Positions 47,281 to 55,310 of a stretch of DNA of 55,310 nucleotides are shown here, one piece after another. The first letter of the stretch is position 1. Every line of letters begins with the position of its first letter. This DNA is from Actinomycetes bacterium. Its GTDB lineage: Bacteria; Actinomycetota; Actinomycetes; JACCUZ01. The notes beneath the pieces were generated by a model that saw nothing but the letters and a program-made list of their open reading frames with translations, did no database searches and was not told the DNA's origin. The DNA is taken from positions 1 through 55,310 of the forward strand of contig DASVBJ010000128.1 in assembly GCA_036375895.1 (NCBI GenBank), written 5' to 3'. The position numbers and the translations under genes are program-made.

Positions 47281-48039
47281 ATGTTCCTGCGGACCGAGAG
47301 CGTCGGCCGCACCCGTTTCGCGGTCACCGACCGGCACGGCGGGCGGAGCGGCACGCCGTACGACACGCTCAACCTGGGCGGTCACGTCGGCGACCGGCCC
47401 GAGGCGGTCGCCGAGAACCGCCGCCGGGTCGCCGCCGCCGCGGGAGTCTCGCCCGACCACCTGCTCTTCATGCGCCAGGTCCACGGCACCGGGGTCGCCG
47501 TGGTCGACCGACCCTGGGCGGCGCAGGCCACGCTGCCGGAGGTCGACGCGCTCGTGACCGCCACCCCTGACCTGGCCGTCGCGGTGCTCGTCGCCGACTG
47601 CACGCCGGTGCTGCTCGCCGCGCACGACCCGGACGTCGTGGCGGTCGCTCACGCCGGACGCCAGGGGATGGCCGCGGGCGTGGTCGGGGCCACGCTGGAG
47701 GTGATGCGGTCGCTCGGGGCCCGGCCCGGCCGCGTCACCGCGTTCGTCGGCCCGTCCATCTGCGGCCGCTGCTACGAGGTGCCCCCGGCGCTGCAGGCGG
47801 AGGTGGCCGCGGTCGAGCCGGTCGCCCGCTCGACGACCCGGGCCGGCACCGCGGGCCTCGACGTGCGCGCGGGCATCGTGGCGCAGCTGCTCTCGGCCGG
47901 GGTGGAGACCGTCGAGGTCGACCCGACCTGCACGCTGGAGTCGCCCGACCTCTACTCCTACCGCCGCGACGGGGTCACCGGCCGGTTCGCCGGGATCGCG
48001 CTGATCGCCGGCGACGAGAGCGCCCGGGCGGGGGGCTGA
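47281..48039 (+). CDS. pgeF: peptidoglycan editing factor PgeF (YfiH/laccase-domain protein)
   Basis: NLGGHVGD, MRQVHG, ADCTPVLL, HAGRQG and YSYRRDG. Confidence 0.88.
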   Translation: MFLRTESVGRTRFAVTDRHGGRSGTPYDTLNLGGHVGDRPEAVAENRRRVAAAAGVSPDHLLFMRQVHGTGVAVVDRPWAAQATLPEVDALVTATPDLAVAVLVADCTPVLLAAHDPDVVAVAHAGRQGMAAGVVGATLEVMRSLGARPGRVTAFVGPSICGRCYEVPPALQAEVAAVEPVARSTTRAGTAGLDVRAGIVAQLLSAGVETVEVDPTCTLESPDLYSYRRDGVTGRFAGIALIAGDESARAGG

Positions 48040-48741
48040 GTGGACCGCCGAGCCGAGCTGGCAGCCAGACTCGCCGCGCTCGAGGAGCGCATCACGGCCG
48101 CCTGCCGGGCGGCCGGCCGCGACCGGGCCGAGCTCACCCTCGTCGCGGTCACCAAGACCTTCCCGGCCTCCGACGTGCGCCTGCTCGCCGAGCTCGGCGT
48201 CCGGGAGATAGGGGAGAACCGCGACCAGGAGGCCGCGCCCAAGGCCGCCGCCTGCGCCGACCTGCCGCTGCGGTGGCACTTCGTCGGCCAGCTGCAGACG
48301 AACAAGGCGCGCTCGGTCGCCGGCTACGCCGACGTGGTGCACTCCGTGGACCGGCTGCGGCTGGTGGCCGCCCTCGACCGGGCCGCCGCGGCCCGGGAGC
48401 GCCGGCTGACCTGCCTCGTGCAGGTCGACCTCGACGAGGGCCCGCATGCCGGGCGGGGAGGCGTCGCCGACGCCGCCGGGCTGGCTGCCGTCGCCGACGC
48501 GCTCGCGCGGGCGGACCACCTCGATCTGGGCGGGGTGATGGCCGTGGCTCCGCTCGGGACCGATCCCGGGCCGGCATTCGCCCGGCTGGAGCAGCTGGCC
48601 CGCCGGCTGCGCTCGGTGTACCCGCAGGCGACCGTGGTGTCCGCCGGCATGAGCGGCGACCTCGAGGCGGCCGTGGCGCACGGCGCGACACACCTGCGCG
48701 TCGGGACGGCGTTGCTCGGATCGCGCCCGCCCCTCGGGTAG
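48040..48741 (+). CDS. yggS: YggS-family pyridoxal-phosphate homeostasis protein
   Basis: LVAVTKTFP (PLP lysine), [26 protein letters not shown] and [10 protein letters not shown]. Confidence 0.9.
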   Translation: MDRRAELAARLAALEERITAACRAAGRDRAELTLVAVTKTFPASDVRLLAELGVREIGENRDQEAAPKAAACADLPLRWHFVGQLQTNKARSVAGYADVVHSVDRLRLVAALDRAAAARERRLTCLVQVDLDEGPHAGRGGVADAAGLAAVADALARADHLDLGGVMAVAPLGTDPGPAFARLEQLARRLRSVYPQATVVSAGMSGDLEAAVAHGATHLRVGTALLGSRPPLG

Positions 48742-48826
48742 CGTGGCCGGCAGGCCGGGAGTGTCGGCCCGAACGACCAGCACCACCGCGACAACTCGTT
48801 CGTCCATCAACGGAGGGCAGTCAGGC

Positions 48827-49342
48827 ATGGCCGGCGCGATGCGTAAGGCGATGGTCTACCTCGGCCTCGTGGAGGACGAGGACCGCTACGACTACGACGA
48901 GTACGACGAGGGCGGCCAGCTCGACGTCGACCCCCGTGACGACCACCGTGCGGAGGTCCGCGGGGCCGCACCCGTCCCCTCCCGGGGCGTGACGTCGCTG
49001 CGCGACGACCGGGGAGCGGTGGCGACGATGCCGGAGCGGCGTCCGCAGGCGGCGCCGCGCGCGTTCGACCGCATCACGACGATCCACCCCCGCACCTACA
49101 ACGAGGCCAAGCAGATCGGCGAGAGCTTCCGCGAGAGCACGCCGGTGATCATGAACCTCTCCGACATGGACGACTCGGACGCCAAGCGGCTGGTCGACTT
49201 CGCCGCCGGCCTGGTGTTCGGCCTGCGGGGGAGCATCGAGCGCGTCACCAACAAGGTCTTCCTGCTGTCGCCGGCGAACGTGACCGTGACGGCCGAGGAC
49301 AAGGCCCGGATGGCCGAGAGTGGCTTCTTCAACCAGAGCTGA
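48827..49342 (+). CDS. sepF: cell division protein SepF
   Basis: [15 protein letters not shown]-terminal amphipathic helix. Core is [25 protein letters not shown]...[20 protein letters not shown] is preceded by GGAGGG. Confidence 0.9.
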   Translation: MAGAMRKAMVYLGLVEDEDRYDYDEYDEGGQLDVDPRDDHRAEVRGAAPVPSRGVTSLRDDRGAVATMPERRPQAAPRAFDRITTIHPRTYNEAKQIGESFRESTPVIMNLSDMDDSDAKRLVDFAAGLVFGLRGSIERVTNKVFLLSPANVTVTAEDKARMAESGFFNQS

Positions 49343-49354
49343 GGTGCAGGCGCG

Positions 49355-49648
49355 GTGACCGCGCTCCACACGGTCGGCCAGATCGTCGCGCTGCTGCTCT
49401 GGCTGTTCTTCATCCTGCTCATCGGGCGCCTGGTCCTGGACTACATCCAGATGTTCGCGCGGTCCTGGCGGCCCACCGGGGTCGTGCTCGTCATCGCGGA
49501 AGTTGTCTACACGATTACGGACCCGCCATTGCGGGCACTTCGAAAGGTGATCCCGCCGCTTCGGCTCGGCGCGGTGAGCCTGGATCTGTCCTTTCTGGTG
49601 CTCATCGTCCTCGTGCAGATCGCGATCTTTCTTGCGGGGTCGCTGTAG
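49355..49648 (+). CDS. yggT: YggT-family membrane protein
   Basis: 97 aa with 2-3 TM helices and TDPPLRALRKVIPPL, which is typical of YggT. Confidence 0.85.
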   Translation: MTALHTVGQIVALLLWLFFILLIGRLVLDYIQMFARSWRPTGVVLVIAEVVYTITDPPLRALRKVIPPLRLGAVSLDLSFLVLIVLVQIAIFLAGSL

Positions 49649-49764
49649 GCGGTACGGTGCGGTGTAACAGAATGGTGTCGAGACCCGTCGCCTACCTGTA
49701 CTGATGACCCTGACGACGTGGCGGCGAGACCGTCACCGGACAACGAGACTGCCGAGGTGAAGCC

Positions 49765-50511
49765 ATGCCGCTGACCCCCGAGGACGTGGCCAACAAGCAG
49801 TTCACGAGCACACGGCTCAAGCCGGGCTATGACGAGACCGAGGTCGACGAGTTCCTCGACGAGGTCGAGGCCGAGCTGACCCGGCTCTACCGGGAGAACG
49901 ACGAGCTGCGCTCCAAGCTGGCCGCGGCCCAGCGGGCTCTCGCCGAGGCCGGCGAGGGTGGCAGGGCCGTGACGACGCAGCAGATGGCGCCGCCACCCGC
50001 CCCGGCCCCGACACCCCCACCCGCTCCGACGCCGCCACCGGCGCCGACCCCGCCGTCGGCTCCCGGGCTGGCGGGCGCCTCGGAGACGGCCACCGGCATC
50101 CTGGCGCTCGCCCAGCGCACCGCCGACGAGCACATCGCCGAGGCCCGCACCCAGGCCGACCGCATCATCGGCGAGGCCCGCACCCGGGCGGAGCAGCTCA
50201 AGCGGGAGGCCGAGGAGAAGCACCGCCAGACGATCGGGTCGCTCGAGCACGAGCGCACCACGCTCGAGCGCAAGGTCGAGCAGCTGAAGGCGTTCGAGCG
50301 GGAGTACCGCTCCCGGCTCAAGGCCTACCTGGAGAGCCAGCTGCGCGAGCTGGAGAGCCGCGGCAGCGAGGCGCCGGGCCAGCAGCAGGGCGGCCCCGGC
50401 GGGCAGCGCAGCCCGTTCGCGCCGGGAGCGCCGGTCGGCGCCCCGCCGCAGCAGGCCGAGCAGGCCCGCAGCGGCTTCCACCTCGACGAGGGGTCCGACT
50501 CGCGGGGCTGA
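49765..50511 (+). CDS. divIVA: DivIVA/Wag31 polar growth and division protein
   Basis: MPLTPEDVANKQFTSTRLKPGYDETEVDEFLDEVE, followed by coiled coils and a Pro-rich linker. Confidence 0.92.
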   Translation: MPLTPEDVANKQFTSTRLKPGYDETEVDEFLDEVEAELTRLYRENDELRSKLAAAQRALAEAGEGGRAVTTQQMAPPPAPAPTPPPAPTPPPAPTPPSAPGLAGASETATGILALAQRTADEHIAEARTQADRIIGEARTRAEQLKREAEEKHRQTIGSLEHERTTLERKVEQLKAFEREYRSRLKAYLESQLRELESRGSEAPGQQQGGPGGQRSPFAPGAPVGAPPQQAEQARSGFHLDEGSDSRG

Positions 50512-50524
50512 GCAGACAGCGCGT

Positions 50525-50561
50525 GACGCCGGCGAGCCAGGGGGGTGGGCTCGCCGGCGTC
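50525..50561. terminator. bidirectional terminator-like hairpin
   Basis: 14-bp arms GACGCCGGCGAGCC / GGCTCGCCGGCGTC with a 9-nt loop. It lies between the convergent divIVA gene and the 163-aa gene. Confidence 0.55.
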
Positions 50562-50610
50562 TCGCGGTCTGGGCGGCGTCGCAGCGGGGAGGCTGCGGGC
50601 GCCGTCGTGG

Positions 50611-51102
50611 TCAGGCGGTCTGGCCGGTGGGGGCGAACATCCGCCGGAACGGGTCGCGGGCAGGCGGCGTCGGCAGCGTGATCCGGTTGCCGTCGACGTC
50701 CAGGCCACCGAGGCCCAGCACGCGCTGCAGGATGGAGAACGTCGACTCGCCGGCGTCGACCCCCGCCTGGGTCACCATGACCCGGTAGATCGTGACGTAG
50801 TGCTTGGCGGGGGTGTCGTAGCTCCAGTCGACCGAGCCGAGGTGCCGGGCGGTGCCGTGGGTGCCGTTCGGGCCGTTGAACGGCCCGTCCCACACCTGGA
50901 TGCCGGCCGGGCCGGCCGAGTAGGGGCCGCCCATCCCCACGTCGTTGCGGCTCGCCGAGGCGAGCAGCTCGCGGGTCTCGCGCTCGGCGAGCACGAGGGC
51001 GGGGCGGACGTGGCTCGCGAGCGCAGGGACCGCGACCGCGGTCTCCTTGAGCTTGAGACCGTGGACGGTGGGGCCGCCGAGCGGTACGACGTGCAGAGGC
51101 AC
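50611..51102 (-). CDS. hypothetical protein, 163 aa, no family recognised
   Basis: GTG at 51102 is preceded by GGGAGAGGGAGG at 5 nt. The amino-acid composition is balanced. It is located between ileS and divIVA. Confidence 0.6.
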   Translation of the reverse strand: MPLHVVPLGGPTVHGLKLKETAVAVPALASHVRPALVLAERETRELLASASRNDVGMGGPYSAGPAGIQVWDGPFNGPNGTHGTARHLGSVDWSYDTPAKHYVTIYRVMVTQAGVDAGESTFSILQRVLGLGGLDVDGNRITLPTPPARDPFRRMFAPTGQTA

Positions 51103-51263
51103 CGCGACCTCCCTCTCCCGTGGCCGCCCCCGCCCTGCTGGCGGGAACCGTCGCCGTCACCCGAAGTATCGGGCCGGAGCCCCCCGGTTCTTCACTAGAC
51201 CGTCCGGGTGAAACCGCGTAACGCAGCGTGGATCAGCCCCCGGCTTACCCAACCTTTACGCGG

Positions 51264-54413
<3,150 letters not shown>

Positions 54414-54610
54414 GGGTGCGGGCTCCTTCGTCGGGGACGTGCTCCGGCGAAGGGACGAGACGCAAGCGTCCCGCGGTACCACCCTCCTTGGCCGCATGGT
54501 GCGGCCCGCTTCGTTGACGTCCTGCTGCCGGGTCTAGTCGGCGGTCCGGCTGGCGGCCGGCGCCTTTCTTCCGGCGGCTCCGGGGTGATGGCCCCATCGT
54601 CGCTGTGCAG
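54414..54610 (-). promoter_or_regulatory. T-box riboswitch leader of ileS (translational, SD-sequestering type)
   Basis: The minus strand reads ...CCAAGGAGGGUGGUACCGCGGGACGcuugcgucuCGUCCCUUCGccggagcacguccccgaCGAAGGAGcccgcacccGUG. The conserved T-box core GGGUGGUACCGCG is at 54471-54484. Anti-SD CCCUUCG (54448-54454) can pair either with the SD CGAAGGAG (54423-54430) or with the upstream SD-mimic AAGGAGGG. A candidate AUC-A specifier lies at 54586-54589. Confidence 0.75.
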
Positions 54611-54636
54611 GTGCGCGTTGCGAGCCTACCGCCTCC

Positions 54637-54666
54637 CCCCGGCAGCGATCATGCACGTTTCGTCGC
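54637..54666. repeat. repeat A, copy 1 (30 bp)
   Basis: ccccggcagcgatcatgcacgtTtcgtcgc. It is identical to copy 2 except for 1 nt. Confidence 0.85.
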
Positions 54667-54676
54667 TGCCCGCCCC

Positions 54677-54724
54677 AACCCCCGGCGCCCACCCCCGGCC
54701 CCCACCCCCGGCCCCACCCCCGGC
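54677..54724. repeat. C-rich degenerate tandem (about 12-bp unit, cacccccggccc-like, about 4 copies)
   Basis: aacccccggcgcccacccccggcccccacccccggccccacccc lies between the two copies of repeat A. Confidence 0.6.
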
Positions 54725-54747
54725 AGCGATCATGCACGTTCCGTCGC
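54718..54747. repeat. repeat A, copy 2 (30 bp), 81 bp from copy 1
   Basis: ccccggcagcgatcatgcacgtCcgtcgc-type sequence, read directly. Confidence 0.85.
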
Positions 54748-54769
54748 CCACCCCCGGCCCTCGACCCGT

Positions 54770-54837
54770 CGGCCCGGTGGAGCCGCGGAGCCTGGGGGCG
54801 TTCACAGGCCCCCAGTTCCGCAGCTCGATGGGTGGTC
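54770..54837. repeat. repeat B, copy 1 (68-bp core of an imperfect tandem duplication of about 92 bp), contains a stem-loop
   Basis: cggcccggtggagccGCGGAgcCTGGGGGCgttcacagGCCCCCAGtTCCGCagctcgatgggtggtc. The hairpin is at 54785-54821. Confidence 0.85.
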
Positions 54838-54861
54838 GCCCCCCCGGGCCATCGGCCACGA

Positions 54862-54929
54862 CGGCCCGGTCGAGCTGCGGAGCCTGGGGGCGTTCACCGG
54901 CCCCCAGTTCCGCAGCTCGATGGGTGGTC
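54862..54929. repeat. repeat B, copy 2 (68 bp), 92 bp from copy 1
   Basis: Same sequence with 3 mismatches. Within the 53-bp core the only mismatch (54806 a vs 54898 c) falls in the hairpin loop. Hairpin at 54877-54913. Confidence 0.85.
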
Positions 54930-55081
54930 ACCCCCGAGGACGGGGCGGGCAGCCCTCCCGGGTCCGGCGGCGGGCCTCCGCGGGACGTGCGGTCGGCTCG
55001 ATCGTCGCCGTGGTCGCGGGTACGTAACGTCGTGGGCAGTCACCGGACGAGAGACGATCCGGACCGAGCTCAGGAGCCACC

Positions 55082-55258
55082 ATGAACACCAACCCGACCG
55101 CCGCGCAGACCGCCCCCCGGCCCACCTCCGCGGCCGCCGTCGAGACCGTCACCGCCGCCTGGTCCACGACCGACGAGCAGTTCTTCCACCTGGTCAGGGA
55201 CCTGTTCGAGCCGAGCTGGCTGCGTGGCGCCGGCCTGCTGCTCGCGGACGACTCGTGA
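55082..55258 (+). CDS. candidate 58-aa small protein, no family recognised
   Basis: ATG is preceded by AGGAG at 5 nt. MNTNPTAAQTAPRPTSAAAVETVTAAWSTTDEQFFHLVRDLFEPSWLRGAGLLLADDS. Third codon positions are nearly all G/C. It is below the ORF-track cutoff. Confidence 0.45.
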   Translation: MNTNPTAAQTAPRPTSAAAVETVTAAWSTTDEQFFHLVRDLFEPSWLRGAGLLLADDS

Positions 55259-55310
55259 CGGGTACGGCCAGCCCCACCCGGCGTACGGCCAGCCCCACCC
55301 TCGACCGCCG
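55255..55310 (+). CDS. possible 5' end of a translationally coupled downstream gene (truncated by the window end)
   Basis: GTG at 55255 overlaps the TGA of the 58-codon ORF (GTGA), as at many gene junctions here. The frame stays open to the window end and contains two 18-bp direct repeats gtacggccagccccaccc (55262-55279, 55283-55300). Confidence 0.2.
   Translation, partial: MTGTASPTRRTASPTLDR

Noticed and set aside
44611-48828. 1405-aa minus-strand ORF spanning murC to sepF, together with the fused plus-strand ORFs 41066..45010, 38596..41256, 36201..38798 and 34792..37395
   Set aside because: These are out-of-frame read-throughs across several well-defined genes. Only their 3' portions (murC, murD, murF, murE) are real, and internal GTG/ATG starts overlapping the preceding stop fit far better.
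54637-54929. Possible CRISPR array
   Set aside because: There are only two copies each of two different repeats, with unequal periods (81 and 92 bp). The spacer material is partly homologous (a tandem duplication), and no cas genes are present in the window.
54605-55027. ORFs 54605..55027 (+), 54626..54931 (-) and 54534..54737 (-) in the ileS upstream region
   Set aside because: Their apparent internal peptide repeats are just translations of DNA repeats A and B. The sequences are Pro/Gly/Arg-rich with no RBS. They also overlap the T-box leader or promoter region.

Overview
This is a very GC-rich, gene-dense chromosomal window with the gene order typical of an actinobacterium (Actinomycetota). 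GC content was judged by eye, not computed. I recognised no rRNA, tRNA, CRISPR array, transposase or integrase. Contents from left to right: (1) 1-9.6 kb holds a minus-strand carotenoid end-group modification set (two CrtI-family flavoenzymes, a GT2 glycosyltransferase, a CruF-like membrane hydratase), interrupted by hemerythrin-like and VOC genes. It is followed by a plus-strand membrane-lipid triad (LPG-synthase-TM/flippase-like, PAP2, GDPD-like). (2) 9.8-13.0 kb encodes a secreted 1082-aa S8 peptidase. (3) 13.1-14.7 kb is a minus-strand alpha/beta-hydrolase, ArsC-family and YbaK-like operon. (4) 14.8-21.9 kb is a plus-strand operon behind a perfect LexA box: DUF6504-like, HEPN-like, DnaE2-type polymerase, SAM methyltransferase and DinB. 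This is the most unusual locus in the window. (5) A DUF3040 gene follows. (6) 22.4-31.4 kb holds two tandem minus-strand MoxR-DUF58 operons, one ending in a TgpA-like transglutaminase and the other flanked by DUF4129 and small membrane proteins. (7) 31.5-50.5 kb is a complete dcw cell-division/cell-wall cluster: mraZ-rsmH-ftsL-ftsI-murE-murF-mraY-murD-ftsW-murG-murC-ftsQ-ftsZ-pgeF-yggS-sepF-yggT-divIVA. (8) Next come an uncharacterised 163-aa gene and a type-2 ileS with a translational T-box leader. (9) The window ends in a repeat-rich divergent intergenic region and a 58-codon ORF. Many start/stop overlaps (ATGA, GTGA, TAGTG) indicate translational coupling. Most other long ORFs in the six-frame track are GC-driven shadow frames. 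All family calls come from motif recognition by eye; no database search was run.
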